From positions 32,001-96,000 of the forward strand of contig JBFWWG010000005.1 of the NCBI GenBank assembly GCA_050246315.1: a stretch of 64,000 bases of DNA, given 5' to 3'. The first letter of the stretch is position 1. Each line of letters opens with the position of its first letter. The notes beneath the pieces are model-generated. The model was not told where the DNA came from, did not search any database, and saw only the letters and a list, made by a program, of their open reading frames with translations. The stretch comes from Nitrospiraceae bacterium (GTDB lineage: Bacteria > Nitrospirota > Nitrospiria > Nitrospirales > Nitrospiraceae). Made by a program: the position numbers and the translations under genes. Positions 29,198 to 38,544 of this stretch are shown in pieces.

Positions 29198-31672
29198 ATG
29201 ACATCGGCCCCATCGCCCGAAGGCCCAGACCGCGAAGCCGGTTCTCCTCCGTCTCACAAGCAGGCCGAACAGATCCTCACCCCATCTCACATACAATTGG
29301 AACAGGAACTCCTCAAGCGCAATGAGGAGCTGGAGAGAACCAGCGCCGTCCTGCGTGAGATCGTCGAGGGGGTCGAGGCGAAAGTCGGTGAACAGTTCTT
29401 TTCGTCACTGGTCCAACGGCTTGCCACGGCGTTGGGAGTCGACTACGCCTATCTCTCGCACCTCAGCCCCGACGGCACGACCTTTCGCTCGCGAGCGGGC
29501 TGGGGCAAAGGCCGACCCCTCCCACCGTTCGACGTGCCGGCGCGCGGCCCCTGCGAAATCGTGTTGACTCGCAAAGTCGTCCACCATCCGGATGGGCTGC
29601 GCTCGCTCTACCCGCAGGTCCAACTCATCCAAGACATCGGCGTGGACAGCTACTGCGGGGTGCCGATCGTCGATACGTCGGATCGAGTTGTCGGGCACCT
29701 GGCCATCATGGATTCGCGGCCGATGCCCGATCCGGTGCGCGCCACGTCGATACTCGGCATCTTCGCGACGAGGGCCGCCGCGGAGATCGAGAGGTTGTGT
29801 TATGAACGGGCGCTTCGGAAGAGCGATCTCATGTTGCGGAAGATCGACGAAGGGACCGCCGCCACGACGGGAGCCGACTTTTTCAATTCCTTAGTGAAGA
29901 GCCTGGCCGAAGCGCTCCAGATTCAATACGCCTTTGTGTCGAAATTTGTCGAAGGCAGTCGATTGCGCGTTCGCACGCTTGCGTTCTGGAAAGGGGACGG
30001 TTTTCTCGACAACTTCGAGTATGACCTGCTTCATACGCCCTGCGAACGAGTCCTGGCTGGGGAAGTCTGCCTGTTTCCCGATCACGTCCAGGACTTGTTT
30101 CCTCACCATCGAGAGGACCTCGCCAAGCTGGGGGTGGAGAGTTACCTCGCGATCCCGGTCTCGGACCGTTCCGGAGGGGTGATGGGGCATCTCGCGGTGA
30201 TGGATACTAAACCGATGCAGGATGACGCCCGTGTGCTGTCCGTGTTCAAGATTTTCGGGGTCCGGGCCGGGGCCGAGTTGGAGCGCGCGCAACTGGAAGC
30301 CCGGATCAAGGAGAGTGAGGAGCGACTCCGCGACCTATTCGACGAGGCGCCCATTGCCTATGTGAACGAAGGGCTCGACTCCAGATTCATCAAAGCCAAT
30401 CGGACGGCGATGAAGACCCTCGGTATCACGCCGGATCAAGTGGAAGAGACCTATGGATTCTCGTTCATTCCCGACACGCCGGATGCGCAGCGCCGATTGA
30501 AGGACGCGTTCGAGTCGATCGGCAAGGGCATCGATACGAGCGGGGTCGTGCTGGAATTGCGGCGCAAGGACAACGGCAAGCCCCTCTGGATCCAATGGTG
30601 GTCTCGGCCGGACCCGAGCGGCACCTACACACGCACGATGTTTCTGGACATTACGGAGCGCGTGCTGATGGAGCAGGAAAGGGCTCGGTTGGAGGCGCAG
30701 AACACCTATCTGCAGGAGGAAATCAAAGGAAGCCACAACTTTGAAGAGTTGATCGGCTCCTCGCCCTCTCTGAAGAAGGTGTTGAAGAACGTCGAACGGG
30801 TCGCGCCGACCGACTCGACCGTGCTCATCACTGGAGAGACGGGCACGGGGAAGGAGTTGATCGCTCGGGCGATCCATAATGTGAGCCCTCGTAAGGCCAA
30901 GCCGCTCGTCAAGGTCAATTGCGCGGCGATCCCAGCCGGCTTGATCGAGAGCGAGCTGTTCGGCCATGAGAAGGGAGCCTTCACCGGCGCCTTGACCCGC
31001 AAGATCGGACGATTCGAGTTGGCGGACAAGGGCACGATCTTTCTCGACGAGATCGGCGAGTTGCCGCTGGATCTCCAATCCAAGCTGCTTCGGGTGCTGC
31101 AGGAAGGTGAATTCGAGCGCGTCGGCGGCTCGCAGACCTTCAAGGTTGCGGTGCGCGTGATTGCCGCGACGAACCGTGACCTGGAGCAGCAGGTCCGGGC
31201 CGGGCATTTCCGCTCCGACCTCTATTACCGATTGAATGTGTTCCCGATTCACGTGCCTCCGCTTCGGGAGCGCGAGGGGGACATTCCGCTCTTGGTGCAG
31301 TTTTTCACGCGAAAATTTGCCGTCCAGCAGGGCAAGAAGATCGAGCGAATCCCGGAACGAATGATGGCGGCACTCCTCCGGTACCAGTGGCCGGGAAATA
31401 TTCGGGAACTGGAGCATGTCGTTGAGCGGGCCGTCATCCTCAGCGAAGGGTCCGAGCTGGAGCCGATCGAGTGGTTGACCGCGGGCGCGTCGCAGCCCCG
31501 CATCGACAAGGTACCGACGCTCGAAGAATTGGAACGGGAGCACATCCGGACGGTGCTTGAACAGACCAACTGGCGCGTGAGCGGCGAGAAGGGCGCGGCC
31601 GCGTTGCTGGGCCTGAAAGCCACCACGCTCGAAGCGCGCATGAAGAAACTCGGCATCGTCAGGCCTGCCTGA
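29198..31672 (+). CDS. sigma54-dependent activator, FhlA-like (GAF-GAF-PAS-AAA+-HTH)
   Basis: Two internal GAF repeats; [30 protein letters not shown]-terminal HTH. Confidence 0.93.
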   Translation: MTSAPSPEGPDREAGSPPSHKQAEQILTPSHIQLEQELLKRNEELERTSAVLREIVEGVEAKVGEQFFSSLVQRLATALGVDYAYLSHLSPDGTTFRSRAGWGKGRPLPPFDVPARGPCEIVLTRKVVHHPDGLRSLYPQVQLIQDIGVDSYCGVPIVDTSDRVVGHLAIMDSRPMPDPVRATSILGIFATRAAAEIERLCYERALRKSDLMLRKIDEGTAATTGADFFNSLVKSLAEALQIQYAFVSKFVEGSRLRVRTLAFWKGDGFLDNFEYDLLHTPCERVLAGEVCLFPDHVQDLFPHHREDLAKLGVESYLAIPVSDRSGGVMGHLAVMDTKPMQDDARVLSVFKIFGVRAGAELERAQLEARIKESEERLRDLFDEAPIAYVNEGLDSRFIKANRTAMKTLGITPDQVEETYGFSFIPDTPDAQRRLKDAFESIGKGIDTSGVVLELRRKDNGKPLWIQWWSRPDPSGTYTRTMFLDITERVLMEQERARLEAQNTYLQEEIKGSHNFEELIGSSPSLKKVLKNVERVAPTDSTVLITGETGTGKELIARAIHNVSPRKAKPLVKVNCAAIPAGLIESELFGHEKGAFTGALTRKIGRFELADKGTIFLDEIGELPLDLQSKLLRVLQEGEFERVGGSQTFKVAVRVIAATNRDLEQQVRAGHFRSDLYYRLNVFPIHVPPLREREGDIPLLVQFFTRKFAVQQGKKIERIPERMMAALLRYQWPGNIRELEHVVERAVILSEGSELEPIEWLTAGASQPRIDKVPTLEELEREHIRTVLEQTNWRVSGEKGAAALLGLKATTLEARMKKLGIVRPA

Positions 31673-31683
31673 ACCCTGTCACG

Positions 31684-31808
31684 CGTCATCCGTCAAACGT
31701 CATTCGTCAAACGCAAGCGTCAATCGCCACGCGCCACACGAGGAAGAGCGTGAGGTCCTTCCGCATCGGTACGTGTTTCGATTGACGAATGACGGATGAC
31801 GGATGACG
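31684..31808. repeat. inverted arrays of heptamer repeats (cgtcaNN / NNtgacg) containing left copy of the DGR-flanking direct repeat
   Basis: cgtcatc cgtcaaa cgtcatt cgtcaaa ... attgacg aatgacg gatgacg gatgacg; 31737-31788 recurs at 37101-37153. Confidence 0.8.
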
Positions 31809-32278
31809 AGTCGTGTCTCACCGAGTTCAGGATGCGGTGAGCGGCGTGAGCTTGACATCTCCCAAGACGATCCAGTGACTCATCACGACTCATTTCAGTA
31901 GGAGAGGAATTAGTCCCCCGGCACCGGGCATCAAGACCAAGCAGGAGCCGATTCCGGCGTGCTCTGCTTCGTTACCTGCGCCTGCGAGAATGCGGCCGGT
32001 GGCCGCGATGTTGGCGCCAGTAGTTCTTGCTCCATCTCTGCGCGAGCTACCCTCTCCAGGGCCGCTTGAATCGACCACCCATCCCGCCGCGAGTCACTGA
32101 TCCTGCGAGAATGATTTTCGTACCTCGGTCACTTATGACCTCATCGCTCAGCCAACGACTCCAACTCTCCACCTGGGAAAATACGGGTATTTCCGCTCGC
32201 GAGTAGATTGACAGGCTCCTGACTAGGAAGTAGCCTGTCACCATTCCGCGCCAGAAATCTAAGGCTCCACTTGTCAAA

Positions 32279-35167
32279 ATGTTGCCCGCGAAGACGCAGC
32301 CGAAGTTCCTTCTCTTTCTGAGCCATGCCGGCACAGATACGGACGCGGCCCGGACCCTCAAGAAGCGTATCGAGGCGGCGCCGGCCGCGATCGAGGCTGG
32401 TCTCAAGGTGTGGTTCGATAAGGATGATCTGCAACCTGGACAGGAATGGCAAGTGCAGCTTGAAGAGACCATCGAGAAGCGTGCGACCGCCTTCGCGGTC
32501 TATGTCGGGTCGCGTGGGCTGGTGAATTGGGTTGAGCAGGAAGTACGGCTGGCCGTATCGCGGGCGACGACGAGCGGTGGTCAATTCCCATTCATCCCGA
32601 TCCTTGCGGCGCAAGCAGAGGCGTCTGCTGCGCTGCCTGGCTTTGTTCGACAGTTCCAGGGCGTGCGTGATGTCGAGAACCGTTCGGATGAGTTTCAAAA
32701 GCTGCTGGCCGCAGTAGTAGGAAGAGCCGGGGCAGGCAACCTCCAAGTAGAAGCTGAGCCGTTCTTCGGCTTGAACGCCATCGATGAAACGCGCAATCAC
32801 CTGTTCTTCGGTCGTGAAAAGGCTACTCAGGAGTTGCTTGCGCGGCTCCGAAAGGGACGCCTCGTGATGGTGACGGGCGATAGCGGGTGCGGCAAGTCCT
32901 CATTGGTCCGCGCCGGCTTGGTTCCCCGCTGGCGTGGCGGGGCGTTGGCTGAACAAGAAGGTCGTCGCCCGGATGGAGAGAGTTGGCATGTGGTCGGAAT
33001 GCGCCCCACCGCGAATCCTCGTCGCGCGCTTGGCGATGCGGTATTCAGCGCCGCTTCACAGCTGGGGTGCAGCGCCGAGGATCGTGGGATCTATAAGGCA
33101 TGGGCCATGGGTGATGACCCAGAGAAGCGACGGGATGGTCTGCGGTGCGGCCTCGACGCACGCACCACCCGCACCTTGCTCATCGTGGACCAGTTCGAGG
33201 AGCTCTTCACACTGACCCCCGCGGTGCAACGGGCGTCATTTGTGACGCTGCTGCTCGATCTTGCAGATCCGTTGGATCGTCGCTTCGCGGTGGTGCTGAC
33301 GATGCGGCGGGACTACTACAATCTGTGCTCGGAATTTCCGGGGCTCTACAACACTCTCGAGGCTGATGACCGGGCAGCCCGCTACCTGCTCGATCGGATG
33401 CAACCCGAAGAGTTGCATCGTGCCGTCACCGAGCCGCTGAAGCTTGCCGGCGTCGTGGAGGGGGACCGCGAGGCGCTGGCGAAGAGCGTGCTGCAGGACG
33501 TCGGCGACCGAGCTGGCGATCTTGCACTCGTGGAGTTCGCGTTAACCGAAGCATGGCGGCGACGAGGAGAATACGGGGATGATTTACTGCGTGCCTATAC
33601 CGCGGTGGGGCGTGTGGAAGGCGCGCTCGCGAGGGCCGCTGAGCGGGTGTACCTCGAGGAGCTTGGCGGTGAGGCGCATGACGACGTGATCCAAGCGGCC
33701 TTCATCAGGTTAGTGCGGCTGGGTGATACCGGCGGGGCGACACGGCGTGTGGCTCGGCGCGGTGAGTTCGATGACGGGCGATGGGTCTTGCTCCAGATGT
33801 TGGCCAGTGAGAAGGGCAATCGTCTCGTCTTAATCAGCGGGGGCGAAAACGCGGAGGCCGCCGAAATTGCGCATGAGGCGCTGGTCACGCAGTGGCCACG
33901 GTTTCAACGGTGGCTACAAGACTCGGCGCCCGAAAAGCGCACCTTGGACGCACTGATCGAACGAGCAGCAGGATGGAGCAAGGTGGCTGACGGCAACGAG
34001 AAGAGCGGCTGGCTTGCAGCAGGCGTCGAACGGGAGACGTTCGCGCAGCTCTTGAAGAACCATCGAGGATGGCTTTCTCCCACTGAATGTACGTTTGTCG
34101 ATGCAAGCATTGAAGCGGAAGTCAAGCGCGTTCAGCGGGAACAAGAGATCCAGCGACAAGAACTCCTCCAGGCAAGGCGGCTGGCGGAGGAAGCGGCCAA
34201 GCGGGAAGAAGCGGAACGGGCGCGGGCTGCCGCGGCAGAACAGGCACGCCAGGCGGCAGAGAAGGCGCGGCAAGCGGAGCAAGCCAGAGCGCAAGAAGCG
34301 GAGCGGGCACGTGAAGCAGCGCAGCGAGCTCAGCGACGACAATGGTACCTCAATCTGGCGCTCCTGATCCTCTTTCTCGGGTCCGGGTTGGTTATGTGGC
34401 TGTGGAAGGAGGGAGTGAACGTTCAATATGCCGGATCGATTGCGCTGGCTCGGTTGCATCTTGTGCAGGTCTCTGAACCGGAGATGGTCGAGATTCCAGG
34501 AGGAACGTATCGGCCAGGCGAGGTCCGCAATCCGGCTGAGGGTGAGAAATCGTCGCCAGTCACCGTCAAGAACTTCAAGATCGGCAAGTATGAAGTGACG
34601 TTTCACGAGTATGACCGGTATGTGGCCTTGACTGGTGGTCGACTCCCAAACGATGAAGGCTGGGGTCGTGACAGACGACCTGTGATCAACGTCTCGTGGG
34701 AGGACGCGACGGCCTATGCGAAGTGGCTGTCGGAAGCGACCGGTAAGCGCTATCGCTTGCCGACGGCAGCGGAGTGGGAATATGCCGCTCGGAGCATAGC
34801 CAAGGGCAAGGACGACATCTGGGCGGGGACATCCAAGGAGGCGCAACTGAAAGAGTATGCGGTGTACGAGGCACAACGCACGGAGCCGGTTGGGAGCAAG
34901 GAGGCCAACAGTCTCGGCCTGTATGACATGAGCGGCAATGTCTGGGAGTGGGTTGAGGACTGCTGGCATGAGAATTATCAAGGAGCGCCGACGGATGGCT
35001 CCGCTTGGCTCGAAGCAGGCGGTGCGGATTGCGGCCGGCGCGTGCGCCGGGGCGGGTCCTGGAACAGCGAACCGGGGACCCTGCGTGCATCGTACCGGTA
35101 CGGGGGCGACCCGGTGTACCGGAACTTCGACATCGGCTTCCGTCTGGTCCAGGACATTTCCGAATAA
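32279..35167 (+). CDS. DGR target: TIR - STAND (nSTAND1-like) NTPase - coiled coil - TM - FGE-sulfatase/CLec domain
   Basis: FLSHAGTD/VWFDK/WVEQE TIR; PFFGL...FFGRE, GDSGCGKSSL, IVDQFEELF, HEALV-x-x-WPR; TM WYLNLALLILFLGSGLVMWLW; RLPT-x-AEWEYAAR, GLYDMSGNVWEW, RGGSW, GFRL. Confidence 0.9.
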   Translation: MLPAKTQPKFLLFLSHAGTDTDAARTLKKRIEAAPAAIEAGLKVWFDKDDLQPGQEWQVQLEETIEKRATAFAVYVGSRGLVNWVEQEVRLAVSRATTSGGQFPFIPILAAQAEASAALPGFVRQFQGVRDVENRSDEFQKLLAAVVGRAGAGNLQVEAEPFFGLNAIDETRNHLFFGREKATQELLARLRKGRLVMVTGDSGCGKSSLVRAGLVPRWRGGALAEQEGRRPDGESWHVVGMRPTANPRRALGDAVFSAASQLGCSAEDRGIYKAWAMGDDPEKRRDGLRCGLDARTTRTLLIVDQFEELFTLTPAVQRASFVTLLLDLADPLDRRFAVVLTMRRDYYNLCSEFPGLYNTLEADDRAARYLLDRMQPEELHRAVTEPLKLAGVVEGDREALAKSVLQDVGDRAGDLALVEFALTEAWRRRGEYGDDLLRAYTAVGRVEGALARAAERVYLEELGGEAHDDVIQAAFIRLVRLGDTGGATRRVARRGEFDDGRWVLLQMLASEKGNRLVLISGGENAEAAEIAHEALVTQWPRFQRWLQDSAPEKRTLDALIERAAGWSKVADGNEKSGWLAAGVERETFAQLLKNHRGWLSPTECTFVDASIEAEVKRVQREQEIQRQELLQARRLAEEAAKREEAERARAAAAEQARQAAEKARQAEQARAQEAERAREAAQRAQRRQWYLNLALLILFLGSGLVMWLWKEGVNVQYAGSIALARLHLVQVSEPEMVEIPGGTYRPGEVRNPAEGEKSSPVTVKNFKIGKYEVTFHEYDRYVALTGGRLPNDEGWGRDRRPVINVSWEDATAYAKWLSEATGKRYRLPTAAEWEYAARSIAKGKDDIWAGTSKEAQLKEYAVYEAQRTEPVGSKEANSLGLYDMSGNVWEWVEDCWHENYQGAPTDGSAWLEAGGADCGRRVRRGGSWNSEPGTLRASYRYGGDPVYRNFDIGFRLVQDISE
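35033..35152 (+). repeat. DGR variable repeat (VR)
   Basis: Ungapped 120-nt match to 36719-36838; 18 of 26 mismatches are at TR adenines. Confidence 0.9.
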
Positions 35168-35224
35168 CCCTTTGTCCTTTGTCCTTTGACCCTTTACCCT
35201 TCCGAAATAGCTCTTCCGAAACAC

Positions 35225-35261
35225 CCGGCCCTCGCCCGATGTCGAATCGGGCGAGGGCCGG
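35225..35261 (+). promoter_or_regulatory. perfect 16-bp hairpin downstream of VR (candidate DGR target-recognition cruciform)
   Basis: ccggccctcgcccgat-gtcga-atcgggcgagggccgg; no U-tract follows. Confidence 0.65.
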
Positions 35262-35295
35262 CTCAGAGAATTCTGATAGCTCAGGTTGATGACAC

Positions 35296-35652
35296 ATGAC
35301 GACCAGCCTTCCCCAGGCGGTGCAATCCTGTCACGAGTTACTGCTCTGGCTGATACCCCAGCTCGACAAGTTCCCGCACTCGCGCCGGTTCACTCTGGGC
35401 GAGCGATTGGAAGCCGGACTCCTGACGGTCTTGGAGCTGTTGGTCGAGGCGGCCTATACCCACAATAAAGCGGTTTTCCTGCACCGCGCGAACCTGCGAT
35501 TGGAGGTCGTCCGCCACCTGTGGCGGCTGGCGCATGAACTCAAAGTGATGGCGACCCGGCAGTACGAGCATGGCGCGAAGCTGATCGATGGCCTTGGGCG
35601 GCAGATCGGTGGCTGGCTCCGCAGCCAGCCGCCGCCGGAGCCGCGCTCATGA
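35296..35652 (+). CDS. avd: DGR accessory variability determinant Avd
   Basis: 118 aa; KFPHSRRFTLGERL...GRQIGGW; ATGA-coupled to RT. Confidence 0.92.
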   Translation: MTTSLPQAVQSCHELLLWLIPQLDKFPHSRRFTLGERLEAGLLTVLELLVEAAYTHNKAVFLHRANLRLEVVRHLWRLAHELKVMATRQYEHGAKLIDGLGRQIGGWLRSQPPPEPRS

Positions 35653-36731
35653 CCAGACTCGATGACATGTGGCTGCGAGTCGTGAGTTTCGAGAACCTGC
35701 TCGCCGCCTATCGGAAGGCGCGGCGGGGCAAAGGTAGCAATCGGCCCGTTGCCGAGTTCGGCCTGCACCTCGAACGCGAGCTGTTCCTGCTCCAGCGCGA
35801 GCTTGAAGACGGCACCTATCGACCTGGAGCCTATCGCCTGTTCACAATCTACGAGCGCAAGCCGCGCGTCATCGCCGCGGCGCCGTTCCGCGACCGAGTC
35901 GTGCACCATGCGATCATGAACGTGATCGAATCGCCGATCGACCGGACATTCATTGCCGACTCCTACGCCTGCCGGCCGGGCAAGGGGGTCCATGCGGCGG
36001 TGGATCGCTATCAAGCCTGGGCGCAAACGTATCGCTATGTCTTGAAAATGGACGTGCGCCACTACTTCCTCTCCATCGACCACGAGTTGCTCAAGGCGAA
36101 GCTCCGGCGACGGATCACTGACTGCCGCACGCTGGACTTGTTGGATCGCATTATCGAGAGCTCTCCGAGCGGAGAGTCAGGCCCCCGCTACTTTCCCGGT
36201 GACGATCTCTTCACCCCGTTGGAACGGCGTGCGGGCATTCCCGTCGGCAACCTGACGAGTCAGTTCTTCGCCAATCTCTATCTCGACGATCTGGATCACC
36301 ACATGAAGCAGGTCCTGCGGGTCCGGCCGTACCTCCGCTACGTGGACGATATGGTAGTGCTGGACCATGACAAAGCCAGGCTGGCCGACGTTCGCGAGGC
36401 TATCCGTGAGCGGCTTGCGGCCGACCGACTCAGGCTTCATCCTGACAAGGCGCATGTGACGCGAACGGCCGACGGACTGAACCTTCTCGGCTATGTGGTC
36501 TATCCGGGTCGGCGGCGATTGCGAAACGATAACGGTCACCGCTTTGCTCGCAAGCTCCGAGCGATGGCGCAGGCCTATCGATCGGGGCGTCTGGAATGGG
36601 CTAAGGTTGTGGCCTCGACGCAAAGTTGGGTCGGCCACGCTCAGCATGCGGATACGGAGGGGCTGCGCCGAGCCATCTTCTCCCAGGCTGTGTTTGCAAG
36701 GGGAACAGGCCACAAGACGGCCAGCGTGTGA
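35649..36731 (+). CDS. DGR reverse transcriptase
   Basis: [27 protein letters not shown]; no maturase or endonuclease domain. Confidence 0.95.
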   Translation: MTRLDDMWLRVVSFENLLAAYRKARRGKGSNRPVAEFGLHLERELFLLQRELEDGTYRPGAYRLFTIYERKPRVIAAAPFRDRVVHHAIMNVIESPIDRTFIADSYACRPGKGVHAAVDRYQAWAQTYRYVLKMDVRHYFLSIDHELLKAKLRRRITDCRTLDLLDRIIESSPSGESGPRYFPGDDLFTPLERRAGIPVGNLTSQFFANLYLDDLDHHMKQVLRVRPYLRYVDDMVVLDHDKARLADVREAIRERLAADRLRLHPDKAHVTRTADGLNLLGYVVYPGRRRLRNDNGHRFARKLRAMAQAYRSGRLEWAKVVASTQSWVGHAQHADTEGLRRAIFSQAVFARGTGHKTASV

Positions 36732-36838
36732 TCCGGGGCGGGGCCTGGAACAACAAACCGGAGAACCTGCGTGCTTCAAACCGGAACAGGAACAACCCGG
36801 ATAACCGGAACAACAACATTGGTTTCCGTCTCGTCCAG
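36719..36838 (+). ncRNA. DGR template repeat (TR)
   Basis: 11 AAC codons in the VR-equivalent frame; overlaps last 13 nt of the RT gene. Confidence 0.9.
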
Positions 36839-37100
36839 TCCGCCCGCACGGTACGCGACAGCGTGCCGGCCCGGAGCCGGACGGTCCACGGACCGGCCGG
36901 GTGAGGCAGCGGGTGTCCATGAGCCCGTTTCCCGGCCTCCCGCTGACGCGGTAACGCCAAAGAGAGGGCCTGGGGTGAGGCGATCGTGGCCGGTCGGCTA
37001 GGCCGCCGGCCCCGCCGCTGCGCTGCTGGGAGTGCTGACTGCTGTGATGAACCAACCGTGATGAATCATGGGGGTAGCCTTCGTCATTCGTCAAGGGTCG

Positions 37101-37153
37101 CACGTGGAAGAGCGTTGAGGTCTCTCCGCATCGGTACGTGTTTCGATTGACGA
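37101..37153 (+). repeat. right copy of direct repeat flanking the DGR
   Basis: 29-nt exact core tccgcatcggtacgtgtttcgattgacga (37125-37153 = 31760-31788). Confidence 0.85.
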
Positions 37154-37180
37154 TTGGCGCATGTCGCAGGCCGGGCTCCG

Positions 37181-37216
37181 CTCCCAATATTTTGGGAGGG
37201 TCCCAATAATTTAGGA
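37181..37216. promoter_or_regulatory. tandem palindromic sites, candidate enhancer for a sigma54 activator
   Basis: ctcccaatattttgggag and tcccaataatttagga, about 100 bp upstream of a -24/-12 motif. Confidence 0.55.
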
Positions 37217-37316
37217 ATCCCTTCGTCTCCTCCGCTCTGTATCTCGCCCCGACCTCCAAGCCGAAGTCCTTCAATCCGCGCGTACTTAGACAGTTCCAGA
37301 TCGATTCACCGACCTG

Positions 37317-37332
37317 TGGCATTGCGGTTGCT
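37317..37332 (+). promoter_or_regulatory. sigma54 -24/-12 promoter
   Basis: TGGCAT-tgcgg-TTGCT, GG-N10-GC spacing. Confidence 0.7.
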
Positions 37333-37384
37333 GTATCCCCCTGCGTCACGAGGATCGGCGAAGCATCTGGCGGTTGACAGGGCG

Positions 37385-37666
37385 ATGTTCAGAATCACAA
37401 GCAAGACGACAGACCGGAGGGCGCTGGTGGTCCTCGAAGGAAGGCTGGTTGGCGAATGGGTTCAGGTGCTCAACGAGGAGTGCACGGCGCTGATGAAGAC
37501 GGGACGGGCGCTCTCCCTGAATCTCTCGGACTTAGCGTTTGCGGATCAAGACGGAATCGAACTCTTGAGACAACTCGACCGACTCAACGTGCCATTCATT
37601 CAGTGCCCGGCATTCATCGCGGCACTCTGTAAAACGAAGGGGGACGGCCATGCTCACGCTCATTAA
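37385..37666 (+). CDS. STAS-like small protein
   Basis: LEGRLVGEWV...LNLSDLAFADQDGIELL. Confidence 0.75.
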   Translation: MFRITSKTTDRRALVVLEGRLVGEWVQVLNEECTALMKTGRALSLNLSDLAFADQDGIELLRQLDRLNVPFIQCPAFIAALCKTKGDGHAHAH

Positions 37667-38462
37667 GGAAACGGCGGCTCAAGGTTTTGGATACGCGGTG
37701 GAGAGGAAGGCAAGTACGCCGGAACGTTCTCCGAAAAGCCGGACGAATTATCCGGACGACTCCGGCCCCGCTTCCTCGCACGGCTTGCCGGAAGAGTGGG
37801 AACTGGTCTCGGCCTTGGCCGCCGGTGAAGAGGCCGCTTTCGCAAAGCTCGTCCATCAATACCAGAAGCCCTTGTTTCGCCAGGCCTTGGCCTATGTGTC
37901 GAGCGAAGCGGTAGCCGAAGAGGTCGTCCAGGAGACCTGGCTCGCGGTCATGGACAGCATCAAGCGATTTGAAGGCCGGTCCTCGTTCAAGACCTGGCTC
38001 TATCAGATTTTGATCCACAAGGCCAAATCGGCGGGCGTCAAGGAATCTCGCCAGATCCCGTTCTCCGCGATGGCCGATCAGGATGAGGAGTCGGACGGAA
38101 TGCCCTCCGAAGCACGGGGAAGCGAGGCCGTCGCTCGCGAGGCCGGCGGTTCCTGGACGATGGGCGTGGCGGACGAGGACACACCAGAGGATCAAATGTT
38201 GGCCGAGGAGTGCCGCCGTGAGATCACGCGGGCCATGAGGGCCTTGCCGACTGTCCAGCGACGGGTGATGGAACTCTATCATTTTGAGGAATTGACGTCC
38301 GAAGAAGTCTGCCGGCGACTGAAGATCAGCGAAAGCAATAAGCACGTGTTGCTGCATCGAGGCAAGAATCAGGTCAAGAAAGCCGTGGACGGGTACTTTG
38401 CGGGAGACCGATGTCGTCACAATACCGTCCGGCAAGTTTACAGGCTGGGGTTGGCGGCCTAG
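37650..38462 (+). CDS. ECF RNA polymerase sigma factor
   Basis: AEEVVQETWL...FEGRSSFKTWL region 2; LP...VLLHRG region 4. Confidence 0.88.
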   Translation: MLTLIKETAAQGFGYAVERKASTPERSPKSRTNYPDDSGPASSHGLPEEWELVSALAAGEEAAFAKLVHQYQKPLFRQALAYVSSEAVAEEVVQETWLAVMDSIKRFEGRSSFKTWLYQILIHKAKSAGVKESRQIPFSAMADQDEESDGMPSEARGSEAVAREAGGSWTMGVADEDTPEDQMLAEECRREITRAMRALPTVQRRVMELYHFEELTSEEVCRRLKISESNKHVLLHRGKNQVKKAVDGYFAGDRCRHNTVRQVYRLGLAA

Positions 38463-38544
38463 CCCGTCCATGTGATTGGTGGGGTAAGGAATCAGGGGGA
38501 TTGAAGACCATTCAGAAAAGACGATGCAGGCAGGAGGTTCGATC

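Noticed and set aside
31684..31808. CRISPR-like array
   Set aside because: Units are 7-mers without unique spacers, and there are no cas genes.
31810..32278. Possible extra gene inside the DGR cassette (31890-32078)
   Set aside because: Short, with no recognisable motif or RBS; cannot be supported.
35649..36731. RT as a group II intron, retron or CRISPR-associated RT
   Set aside because: Short RT with no maturase or endonuclease domain; the adjacent avd and TR/VR pair identify it as DGR.
36626..36904. 92-aa ORF resembling an FGE domain C-terminus ([11 protein letters not shown]...)
   Set aside because: It is the TR read in the VR frame, not a separate gene.
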